Under the pieces are notes generated by a model that saw only the letters and a list, made by a program, of their open reading frames with translations, was not told where the DNA came from and ran no database searches. This document shows, piece by piece, positions 31,883-43,800 of a stretch of 64,000 nt of DNA (position 1 is the first letter of the stretch; each line of letters starts with the position of its first letter). The position numbers were made by a program, and so were the translations under genes. Origin of the DNA: Rebecca billardiae RCC1528 (taxonomy: Eukaryota > Protista > Haptophyta); the NCBI GenBank assembly GCA_965240325.2, contig OZ251247.1, positions 992,001 through 1,056,000 on the forward strand, in the 5' to 3' direction.

Positions 31883-34800
31883 TCAGCCCGCGAAGACAAA
31901 GGCGAGCGCGTCGAGGCCGGCGCGCGCGCCGCGCACGAGGCGCGTCTCGGCCAGCCTGCCCAGCGCCTGCGTCGCGCCGAGCGCGCGTACCAGCATGGGC
32001 GCGAGCTGCGGCAGCGCGTGCAGCAGCGGCTCCTCGAGCCCGAACGTTCCGAGAAGCGACCCGCCCCACGCGGCGAGCATCGCCTCGGTGCGCGCGCGGC
32101 CGAAGAGGCGTCCGTACACGATCACGAGCGCGCACAGGCCTGCGTACGCGCCCAGCATCGCCGCCCAGCCGAGCGGCGCGCGCGCCCAGCGCGGCGGCGG
32201 CGGGCACGGGCAGAGCGCGCGCGCCCACGCGCGCGCGCGCCGCTCGGCGGCGGCGCGGCGCGCGAGCCAGATTGCAATCTCCGCCTCGCCCACGCTGAGC
32301 TCGCGGCGGCGATCGAGATCTCGCAGCAGCCGCCGCCGCTCGTGCGGCAGCAGCGGGTCGCCCAGCTCGGCCATGATCAGCCCGACGCCCGCCTCGTCCA
32401 CGCGCCCGTCGCCCGCCGAGTCGCACACAGCAAACGCGGCGCGGAGCGCGGCCAGCTCGGCGGCGCTGAGCTCCGGCCGGGCGCGGAGCAGCAGGCTGGC
32501 GCTGCGGGTGCTGCTGCTGCCGCGGCTGCTGCTGCGCGCGCTGCGGGAGCTGCTCTGCCGCGGCGGGCGCGGCGCCACCGCCGCGCCGCCGCCGCGCCCG
32601 CCGGCGGGCGCGCGCGCGGGCGAGGGCGCCGCCATGCGCTGCCGCTGCCACGCGGCGCGCCACGAGCCGCTGCCAGCGGCCCACCAGCGCGCGCTGCCGC
32701 CGCCGCCGCCGGTGCCGCCGGTGCCGGCGTGGCCGCCGCCGGTGCCGGCCGGCGCGGTACCGAGGGGCGGCACCGGCGGCGGCGCGGCGGCGGCGGGCGC
32801 GCCTCCTTCGCCGCCTCCGCCCCGCGGCGCCCGCCGCGGCGTGGGCGGCGTGCGCGCGCCGCCGGTCTCGGGCGCGACGAGCGTCGAGGGGCGGCGCGGC
32901 GCGGCCACAACGGGCGACGCCTCGCACGAGCTGGGCAGCAGCGTGGGCGGGCGGCGCGGGCCGAGCGCCACTGCGCCATCACCGCCGCCGCCGTCGTCGT
33001 CCGCGTGCGTGGCCGCAGCCGCGTTGGCGTCCGCGCACGCCGCGCCGGGCGCGGCGGCGCGCGGCGGCGGCGAGGCGCGCGGCGGCGAGGGCGGCGGCGA
33101 CTCGGCCGCCGCAGCCGCGCCGCCGCCGTCGTCGCTCAGGAGCGCGGCGGGCGCGCGCGGCGAGAGGCGCGCGCACCCGCCGCCGCCGTCGCCCGCGGCC
33201 GCCGCGCCGGCCGGCGCGGCGCCGCCTGCGAGCAGCCGCTCCGCCGACGCGCCGAGCACCGGCGCGGCGAGATTGCAATCTCCCCACTCGGCCGACGCGC
33301 TGAGCACGGGCGCGGCGACGCGCGGCCGCGCCGACGAGGCGAACGAGGCGGCGGACTCGGTGGGCGAGCCCGCCTCCTCCTCCGCCGCGCCGCCATTGCC
33401 GGCATGGCTGCCAGCATGGCCGCCGCCGCCGCCGCCAGCATGGCCGCCAGCATGGCCGCCGCCGCCGCTGCCGGCGCTCGCGGGGCGGCGGAAGGAGCCT
33501 CGGGCGGACGAGGCGGCGGAGGCGGCGGCGGACGGCGGCGGCAGCGCGACGACTGGCGGCTGGAAGCCTGGCGGCTCGGCGGCGGCGGCGGCGGACGGGC
33601 CAGCGCCGTGGTGCGTGGGCGGGGGGCTGGCAGGGGTAGGGTTGGGGGTAGGGTTGGGCCCGGCTGGCGGCGGGCCGCCCGCCGCCGCCGCGCCCGCCGC
33701 GCCGCCGCTACCGCCGCCGCCGCCATCGGCCGCGGCGGCGGCGGCGGCGCGCGGCCGCGCGGCGGCGGGCGCGCCCGCGCCGAGCGCGCCGCCGCTCCGC
33801 AGCGGCGCGACGATGCCGCAGCCGCTCGTCGGCACGTTGGGCACGCGCACGCGGCGGCGCGCGCTGCCTCCCGCGCGCGCGCAGCCGCGGCGGGGCGCGC
33901 CTTCGCCTTCGCCTTCGCCGTCGTCGTCGGCGGCGCGCGCCAGCGCCGCCGTCGGCTCGGCCGGCGCCTCGGGGCTGGCGCCGAGCGGCGGCGGCGGCGG
34001 TGCGCGCGGCCGCGGCTGCGCGCCGCCGGCCGCGCCGAACGCGAACGGCGCGGGCCCGGCGTCGGCGCTCTGCGGCGCGCCGCCGACGCCCGGCGGCGCG
34101 CCGCCGACGCCCGGCGGCGCGCGGAGCTCCGCCGCGGATGAAGCAGCGCTCAGGCCGCCGCTGCCGCCGCTGCTGCTGCTGCGGCCGGTGCGCACGGTGC
34201 TGCAGCTGGCGCGCGCGCACGCGCCCTTTGCGTGCGCGCGCGACGGCGGCGGGCGCAGCAGCAGCCGCTCGGCGCGCGCGAGCGTCTCGCCGAGCGCGGC
34301 CGCCTCGGCCGCGCGCGCGCGCACCGCGCCCCGACCCAGCCCCGAGTGCGGCTGCGGCTGCGACGGCGCCTGTAGCTGCATTTGTAACCGCAGCTGCGCC
34401 TGCAGCTGCTGCCGCGCGCTGCCCGCGCGGCGCACCGCGCCGTGCAGCCGGCTCGCGGGCGTCGCGCGCGCCTCGTCCCCGTGCGCCGCGAGCCGCCACG
34501 CCGCCTTGAAAAAAAACAGCGCAGGGAGCGCCAGCGCGGCGCCGAGCAGCGCGTACAGTGCGGTGCCCAGCGCCGAGATTGCAATCTCGCCGCCGCCGCC
34601 GGAGCCGCCGCCCTCGGGCTCGGCCGCGCGGTGCAGCGCGCACTCGAGCGCGGCTGTGAGCGCGAGCGTGTTGAACACCACCTGCACCGCCTCCGCGCGG
34701 CGCAGCCCGCGCTCGGGCGGCGTGAGCAGCAGCGCCAGCAGCGTGTGCCGATCCAAAACCGCCTCGGCCGCGGCGCGCGCGCGCGCGAGCGCGCACACGC

Positions 34801-37800
34801 GGCGCGACGCGCACGCGCCGAGCGTGCCGCGCGCGGGCGGCGCGGCGGAGAAGCGACGGCCGAGGTCGTGGTGCGCGGCGATCTCGGCGGCGATCTCGGC
34901 GGCGGCGGCGGGCGAGATGGCGCTCTCGGCGGCGGCGGTGGCCGCGGCGGTAGCGGTAGCGGCGGGCGTGCGCGCGGGCAGCACGCGCCCGCAGCGCGCG
35001 CCGCCGCCGCCGCCGCCGCCGCTGGCCGCCGATGCGGCGGCGGAGGAGGCGGCGGAGGCGGCGCTGTGCCGCGTGCGCCGCGCCTCGCGCGGCGGCGGCG
35101 GCGCGGGCGCGGGCGCGGGCGCGGCCGGCGCAGCGGCCGGCGCCGCCGCCGCCACCAACCCCGCCGCCGCCGCGCCCTCCGCCGCCGCGCCGCCCGGCTC
35201 GTCGGCGCCGGCGGCGAGATTGCAATCTCCGCCGCCCGGCTCGTCGGCGACGGTGCGCGCGCCCAGGTACGCGTCGAGCGCGGCGCTCGCCTCCGCCTCG
35301 GCGGCGGCGGCGGCGGCGGCGGCCGCCTTGCGCGCGCGCAGCCGCGCGACGGTGGTCGTGGGCTCCGCCGCGGCGCGCGGCGGCCCGGGCGGCGGCGGCG
35401 CGCCGCCGCTGCCGCGGCCGCTGCCAAAGCTGCCGCCGCCGCCGCCGCCGCCCGCGTCGCTCGCGCGCGCCGAGCCGGCCGCGCTGCGCGGCGGCGAGTG
35501 CGCCGAGCCGGGCGGCGCCGCCGAGCCGGGCGCCTCGGCGCCGGCTGCGCTGCGGCGGCGGCGGTGCCGCGAGGTGGCGGCGGCGGCGGCGGCCAGCGCG
35601 GCGGCGCTGCCGCCGGAGCTGCTGCTGCGCCAGCTGCCGCCGTCGAGCCCCGCCGCCGCCCGCTCCGCCTTGGCGCGCCACCCGCCCCGCGCCGGACTCT
35701 CCCGGACTGCCGCCCCCGAATGTCCGGACGTCGCCTTCTCGGACGCGTGCCAGCGCGCGTACTCGGCGCGCGCGCGCCGGTCGGCCGCGGCGGCGAGCAG
35801 CAGGCACAGCGCGTTGAGGCCGGAGAGGAGGTAGACTAGGCGGTACACCGTCGGGTTCTCGCGGAGGCCCTCCGCGGGCGTGGCGAGCACCGACGCGGCC
35901 TCGGCCGCGCTGAACGTGTTCACGCGCACGGACGCCGCCTCGTCCGCCGCCGCCTCGCGACTGGCGGGCACCGACAGCGCGGCAAAGTCGGTGAGGTGGG
36001 TGCACGCGCAGTAGAGCAGCGAGGGGTCGGCGCCGTCGGGCGGCGCGGGCAGCGTCGTGCACCCCTCCGCCGACCACTCGCCCCGCGCCTCGTCCCACCA
36101 GTGGCACGCGTCCACGCGGCCGCACTCGGTCCCGTGGTACGGCGGCTCGCACTCGCAGCCGCGCAGCCCGGCGCGCAGCTCGACGCACGCGCCGCGCGCG
36201 CCGCACGGCGCCGCCGCGCCGTCGGCGGCGGCGGCGGCGGCGGCGCACGACGCGGACGGCTCGATGGCCGCCGCCGCCTCTCGCGCGGGCGGCAGCCCGA
36301 GCACGACCGGCTCGCGCAGCCCCGAGATTGCAATCTCGGCGCCGGCCGTCGGGTCGCGCAGCTGCGCGCGCAGCACGGCCGTGCGCAGCGGGCCGAGCAG
36401 CGCGCCGCCGCTCTGGTTGGCGGGCTCGGCATGCACATTCGGCCCGAAGGCGATGAGCACCACGTCGACGGGCGCGTCGGGCGCGGGCGCGCCGCCGCCG
36501 CCGCCGCCGCCGCCGCCCCACAGCGCCGCAGGCAGCGCGAGCGCGCCGCCGCCGCCCGCGCCGCGGAGCGTTGCGTTGGACGCGAGCGCCGCCGCCGTGC
36601 GCCGCGCCACGCTCACGTTGACGCGCGCCGACAGCGCCTCGGCGGGCAGCTCGCCCGGGACGGCGCCGGCGAGCAGCGCGAGCGCCAGGCCCGACGCCGC
36701 CTCGAGCGCCGCGCCGCCCAGCGCCACCGCCTCCTCCGCCGTGAGCGCGCCGCCGCCGCCGCCGCCGGGCGCGCCGAGCGCGCGGTCGACCGAGTTGAGC
36801 AGCGCGCTCGCCGTGCCGCCGTCGACGCCGCCGGCCGCGGCGGCCGCGCTCGCGAGCGCGGCCGCGTGCGCGAGCCCAGCGGCGCGCGTGGGCGCGTCGA
36901 GGCGCACCGGCGCGCCCAGCGCCGCCGCGAGCGCCGCCGCCGACTGCGCGCGCGCCTCGGCGGTGGGCGGCGCGACCGCCGCGCCGTCGGCCGCGGTGAG
37001 GAGCCTTACAATCTGGGCGACGAGCGCGCTGCCGTTGCCTGCCGCGAGCGCGCGCGCGCCAGCCGGCTCCTCGGCGAGCGCGTGCGCGAGCCCGTCGAGC
37101 AGCTGCATCGCCTCCGCGTGGTCTCCGCGCCCGAGCGCGGCGCGCGCGCGGCCGAGCGCGCCCGCGAGCGCCTCCCCGCCACCGTCGTCGTCGGGAGGTT
37201 CGACGGTGACAAGCACGGCGGGCGCGCTCGCGCGCGCGCCCACCGCGTCCTCGACGGTGAGCTGCAGCGCGCGCGGCCCCGCTGGCAGCAGCACGGACGC
37301 ACTGGGCGACGCGCCCGCCACGCCGAGCGGCGTGGCCGTGCGCTCGGCCGCGCCGCCCTCGCCGCCGCCGCCGCCACTCGCGGTGGCCGCGCGGCGCTGC
37401 GCGAACGCATAGCTCAGCGGCAGCTCGTCGGAGCGCCAGCCCTCCGCGTGGACGCGGAAGTGCGTGCGCAGCGCGATGCCGCCCGCGCTCGGCGCGGCGC
37501 TGAGCGCGCCGCCGTACGGCGGCCGGCTGATCGGCACGACGATGGACGCGCGCGCAACCTGCTGCTGCTGCCGCGCCGCCGAGCCGCCGCCGCCGCCGCC
37601 GCCGCCGCCGCCCGCCGCCTGCGTCACTGTCAGCTCGAACGCATACGTCGCGCCGGGCGTGAGCGCGCCCGAGCGGAAGGCGAGCGTGTGCCCCGACCCG
37701 CCGGTCGTCGTGACGGCGGCCGTGTCGTCCAGCTCGAGCCCCGCGTCGCCCTCGGGGGCGCCGCCCGCGCCGACGAGCCGCGCGCGCCAGCGCAGCGTGT

Positions 37801-40800
37801 ACGACGCAGCGCCGCTCGCCCGGCGCGCGGCCGACTCGGCGTCGAGCGCGGTGGCGAGGGCAAGCCGCGCGCTCGGCGCGGACCAGACCGCGCTGTACGC
37901 CGCGCGGCCGAGCGGGGCGAAGGTGATCGTCGGGACGGGCGCGGCGACGAGCGTCAGCCGCACCGCCGCGCTCGCGCCCTGCGGCAGCTCGGCCGCCGCC
38001 GCCGCGCTCGGGCGCGCGTCTGTGGGCTGCCCCTTGCTCACCGCCAGCGAAACCTCGTACTCGCCCGCGGCCAGCGCGCCCGGCGGCAGCAGCAGCACGG
38101 AGGCGTTGGTCGGCACGGCCGGCGGCAGCGGCTCGGCGGCGGGCGCGGAGCCGTTCGCCCCGCCGCCGCCGCCGCGCCCGCCCGCGCCCACCGCCACCAC
38201 GCGCCACGCAAACCGCAGCCCGTCCGCCGAGCCGGTGTTCGGGTCGAGCGTCGCGGACGCGTCCAGCCGCACGGGCCGCGCGGCGGCCATGCTGCGGTCG
38301 CCGCCGGCGATGGTCGCGCGCAGCGGCAGCTGCTCGACGCGCACGCGCACGCGCGCGCTCGCCGCCGCGCCGCCGTCCGCCGCCATCGCCGCCACCACCT
38401 GCAGCTCATACGTGTGCAGCGGCGACAGGCTGAACGGCGGCAGCAGCAGCGTCGGCGCGGACGCGGAGGCGCCGCCCAGCGCCGCCGGCCGCGCGGCGCC
38501 GCCGTCCGCGGGCTCGGCGCTGCCGGTGCGCGTGACGCCGAGCAGCGACCAGCTGAAGCGCACGCGCGCGTCCGCACCCGCCCAGCAGCCCGCGACCGCC
38601 GCCGCCGCGCTGAGCAGCGTCGGCGCCTCGGCGCGCGCCACCCGGAGCGCGGGGCCGTCGACCGCGACCGTCGGCGCGCCTTCGGCGCGCGCGCGCCACA
38701 CCGTGTGCGCTGCCGGCTCGGAGAGCGAGCCGAGCATCGCCGAGCGCACGCGGAGCGCAAAGGTGAGCGCGCTCGCGCGCGGCGCGAGCGCGCCCAGCCC
38801 GGGCAGCTCGAGCGCCGCGCCGCGCTCCGCGCGCAGCCGCGCGCTCAGAGCCGCCGCCTCGGCCTCGGACACGCCGGCCGATCGGCTCCGGTCGAGCGCC
38901 CACTCGTAGGCCAGACCCGCCGCGCCGCCGCCGGCCGAGGCGGAGCCGTCCAGCCGGAGCGTGGCGTCGGGGCAGCGCGAGAGCGTGTCGGGGCCCGAGA
39001 GCGCGGCGAGCGGCGTCGGGCACGGCACGCCGACGCCGCACGGCGCGTCCGCGTCGATGGTGGCGGCGCCGGCCGCCGCGAGCGCGGACGGGTCGCACGG
39101 CGGCGAGCAGACCGAGGCCGCCGGGCGCACCGCGCCCGCGCGCAGCGCCAGCGCCGAGCCCGGGCGCACGGCGGTGCCCACGCCGAGCTGCACCACCAGC
39201 GTCGACGCAGAGGGCCAGTAGCACGCCGGCTGCTCACCCAAGTTAGGGCTAGGCTGGTCAGGGTTAGGGTTAGGGTTAGGGTTAGGGCTCGTCCGGTTGG
39301 GCCCGGCGACGAGCGCGAGCGTACCGTCGTCGAGGGCGCGCGCGCACGCGCCGAGCGCGCCGCCCATGCCCGCGCGGTCGGTCGGCTGCGCGTCGAAGCG
39401 CAGCACGACGGACGTGGCGCTGCCGTCGAGGGACGCCGACACGAGCCGCGGCGCGTGCGCACCAATAAACGCAAACGCCACGCGCGCCGCGCCCGCCTCC
39501 GCATCCTCGTCGGGCGTGAACTGCTGCCCGTTGAGCGACACGCGCACCGCCGCGGGCGCGCCACCCTCCGCGCCGCCGTAGCTCGAGCGCACGTGCACGC
39601 GCGAGTCGGTGGCGTTGGTGGGCGGCGGCGCGAGCGCGTCGCCAAAGGCCACGCGGAGCAGACCGCCGAGCCCCGCGCCGTGCAGCGCGCCAAAGCACTC
39701 GCCCTCGATCGCTGTCGGCTCGCCCGCGCCGCCCTGCGCCGGGCGGATCGAGTGCAGCGCCGGCGGCGCGTAGTAGCGGAATGGCATGCCGTCGGCGGTG
39801 GTCGTGTGCGCGCTGCCGTTGCCCAGCGAGAGCTCGAGCGCGAGCGCGAGCGCGCCGCCGCGCGCGGGCGCGGGCTCGGACGCGGGCAGCGGCGGCAGCG
39901 TGCAGCGCGCGCGCGTGCTGCCGTCCGCGCCGTCAGGCAGCATGCTCGCGCGCGCCGCGCAGCCGCCGCCGCCGTCGCCACCACCACCACCCCGCAGCAC
40001 GCAGCACAGCTCGCCCTCGCCGTACTCGGCGAAGCCAACACCCTCGAGCGTCACCACCGTGCCGCCGCCCACCGGCCCGGCGGGCGGGTGCAGCGCGGCC
40101 ACGCGCACCGCGCCCATCTCGTACAGCGAGATTGCAATCTCGTCGCCAAACAGCGAGGGCGCGGAATACGCGCCGCCGTCGAGGCGCAGGCGGACGGCGT
40201 ACCGGCCGGCGGGCAGCGCGGAGCCGTCGGCCGCGGCGGAGGGCACCGCGCACGCCGCGGCGTGCGCGCTCAGCACGGCGGCGGGCGTGCTCGCCCCCGC
40301 GCCCGCGCCGCCGCCCGCGCGCGAAAACTCGCACGCCGCGGGCCCGAGGCCGCCGCCGCCACCGCCGCCACCGTCAGCGCCGACGCCCGCCGGGCCGACA
40401 AAGCCGTCGCCGCGCAGCGTGAGCACGGCCGCCGCGCCGAGCGGCGCGCCGAGCGGCGCGCTGCCGTGCACGACGGCGCGGATGGCGGGCGGCGGCGGCG
40501 GCGCGGCCGGAGGCGAGCTCGGCGGGCGCGGCGGCGGGAACGGAAGCTGGCGCGGCGGCGGCGGCGGCGACGGCGGGCGCGGCGGCGGCGGCTGGCGTGG
40601 CGGCGGCTGGCGTGGCGGCGCGCGCGGCGGCGGCGGCGGCGGCGGCGGGCGCGAGGGCGGCGGGCTCGGCGGCGACGACGGCGGAGCGCCCGGCGGCGGC
40701 GGCTGCGCCACGCACCCACCATCGTCCACCTCCGCCGCCGAGTCGTAGTTGCGCGCGCTCGGCTCCGTGCAGCCCTGCACCACCGGCACCGGCGGCGCGA

Positions 40801-43800
40801 GGACGCCCAGGGAGAGCCGCGCCGAGAGCTGCTCGAGCGTCCTCGCCTGCAGACGGCTGAGCACGTCGTCCGCGCCGCCGCCGGCGCTCGGCGTGAAGTA
40901 CGCAAGCACGACGCGCGCAGAGGCGGGCGCGACCGAGTGCACCCGCACCCAGCCCGTGGGCACGCCCGCCTCCTCGGCGACGGCGGCGGCGAGCTGCTGC
41001 TGCGCGGAGGGCGCGCCGAGGGCGTCGACGGAGGCGTCGACCGTGAGGGCCAGGTAGCCCTCCGAGCCCGGCGGCGGCGAGGGCGGTGGCGAGGGCGGCG
41101 GCGAGGGCGGCGGCGAGGGCGGCGGCGAGCTCGGCGGTAGCGACGGTGGCGGGCTTGCCAGTGGGCTTGGCGGTAGCGCCGGTGGCGGGCTCGGCGGTGA
41201 GCTCGGCGGCATGCCTGGTACCGCCGATGGCGGTGGCGAGGGCGGCGGGCTCGGCAGCAGCATGGGCGGCGGGCTCGGCGGCGGTGACGGCGGAGGGCTC
41301 GGTGGTGGGCTCGGAAGTAGCGACGGTGGCGGGCTCTGCGGTGGGCTCGGCGGAGGCGACGGTGGTGGGCTCGGCGGTGGGCCTGGCGGCAGCAATGGCG
41401 GAGGGCTCGGCGGTGGGCTTGGCGGCAGCGACGGCGGAGGGCTCGGCGGTGGGCTGGGCGCTGGCGACGGTGGTGGGCTCGGCGGCGGGCTCGGCGGCAC
41501 GCCTGGCACCAACGATGGCGGTGGCGAGGGCGGCGGGCTCGGCAGCAGCATGGGCGGCGGGCTCGGCGGAAGCAATGGCGGAGGGCTCGGCGGTGGGCTC
41601 GGAAGTAGCGACGGTGGCGGCCTCGGCGGTGGGCTTGGCGGCAGCGACGGTGGCGGGTTTGGCGGTGGGCTTGGCGGCAGCGACGGTGGCGGGCTTGGCG
41701 GTGGGCTCGGCGGCAGCGACGGCGGAGGGCTCGGCGGTGGGCTTAGCGGCAGCGACGGTGGCGGGCTCGGCGGCGGGCTCGGCGGAGGCGAAGGTGGCGG
41801 CCTCGGCGGTGGGCTTGGCGGCAGCGACGGTGGCGGGTTTGGCGGTGGGCTTGGCGGCAGCGACGGCGGAGGGCCCGGCGGTGGGCTCGGCGGCAGCGAC
41901 GGCGGAGGGCTCGGCGGTGGGCTTAGCGGCAGCGACGGTGGCGGGCTCGGCGGTGGGCTTGGCGGCAGCGACGGTGGCGGGCTTGCCAGTGGGCTTGGCG
42001 GTAGCGCCGGTGGCGGGCTCGGCGGTGGGCTCGGCGGCAGCGACGGCGGCGGGCTCGGCGGTGGGCTTGGCGGCACGCCTGGCACCACCGATGGCGGTGG
42101 CGAGGGCGGCGGGCTCGGCAGCAGCGTGGGCGGCGGGCTCGGCGGCAGCAATGGCGGAGGGCTCGGCGGTGGGCTTGGCGGCAGCGACGGCGGCGGGCTC
42201 GGCGGTGGGCTTGGCGGCACGCCTGGCACCACCGATGGCGGTGGCGAGGGCGGCGGGCTCGGCAGCAGCGTGGGCGGCGGGCTCGGCGGCGGTGACGGCG
42301 GAGGGCTCGGCGGCGGGCTCAGCGGAGGCGACGGTGGCGGGCTCGGCGGCGGGCTTGGCGGCAGCGACGGCGGAGGGCTCGGCGGTGGGCTTGGCGGCAG
42401 TGACGGCGGAGGGCTCGGTGGTGGGCTCGGAAGTAGCGACGGTGGCGGGCTCTGCGGTGGGCTCGGCGGAGGCGACGGTGGTGGGCTGGGCGGTGGGATG
42501 GGCGTTAGCGACGGTGGCGGGCTTGCCAGTGGGCTTGGCGGTAGCGCCGGTGGCGGGCTCGGCGGTGGGCTCGGCGGCAGCGACGGCGGCGGGCTCGGCG
42601 GTGGGCTTGGCGGCACGCCTGGCACCACCGATGGCGGTGGCGAGGGCGGCGGGCTCGGCAGCAGCGTGGGCGGCGGGCTCGGCGGCAGCAATGGCGGAGG
42701 GCTCGGCGGTGGGCTTGGCGGCAGCGACGGCGGCGGGCTCGGCGGTGGGCTTGGCGGCACGCCTGGCACCACCGATGGCGGTGGCGAGGGCGGCGGGCTC
42801 GGCAGCAGCGTGGGCGGCGGGCTCGGCGGCGGTGACGGCGGAGGGCTCGGCGGCGGGCTCAGCGGAGGCGACGGTGGCGGGCTCGGCGGCGGGCTTGGCG
42901 GCAGCGACGGCGGAGGGCTCGGCGGTGGGCTTGGCGGCAGTGACGGCGGAGGGCTCGGTGGTGGGCTCGGAAGTAGCGACGGTGGCGGGCTCTGCGGTGG
43001 GCTCGGCGGAGGCGACGGTGGTGGGCTGGGCGGTGGGATGGGCGTTAGCGACGGTGGCGGGCTCGGCGGTGGGCTTGGCGGCAGTGACGGCGGAGGGCTC
43101 GGTGGTGGGCTCGGAAGTAGCGACGGTGGCGGGTTCTGCGGTGGGCTCGGAGGAGGCGACGGTGGTGGGCTCGGCGGAGGGCCTGGCGGCAGCAATGGCG
43201 GAGGGCTCGGCGGTGGGCTTGGCGGCAGCGACGGCGGAGGGCTCGGCGGTGGGCTTGGCGCTGGCGACGGTGGTGGGCTCGGCGGCATGCCTGGTACCAA
43301 CGATGGCGGTGGCGAGGGCGGCGGGCTCGGCAGCAGCATGGGCGGCGGGCTCGGCGGAAGCAATGGCGGAGGGCTCGGCGGTGGGCTTGGCGGCAGCGAC
43401 GGTGGCGGGCTTGGCGGTGGGCTCGGCGGCAGCGACGGCGGCGGGCTCGGCGGTGGGCTCGGCGGCATGCCTGGTACCAACGATGGCGGTGGCGAGGGCG
43501 GCGGGCTCGGCAGCAGCATGGGCGGCGGGCTCGGCGGCGATGACGGCGGAGGGCTCGGCGGCGGGCTCGGCGGAGGCGAAGGTGGCGGCCTCGGTGGTGG
43601 GCTTGGCGGCAGCGACGGTGGCGGGTTTGGCGGTGGGCTTGGCGGCAGCGACGGTGGCGGGCCCGGCGGCGGGCTTGGCGGCAGTGACGGTGGCGGGCTC
43701 GGCGGTGGGATGGGCGTTAGCGACGGTGGCGGGCTCGGCGGTGGGCTTGGTGGCAGTGACGGCGGCGGGCTTGACGGTGGGCTGGGCGGTGGCGACGGTG

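Noticed and set aside
34914-34927. GAGATGGCGCTCTC as another palindrome copy
   Set aside because: Three mismatches; could be chance in this composition, so not counted.
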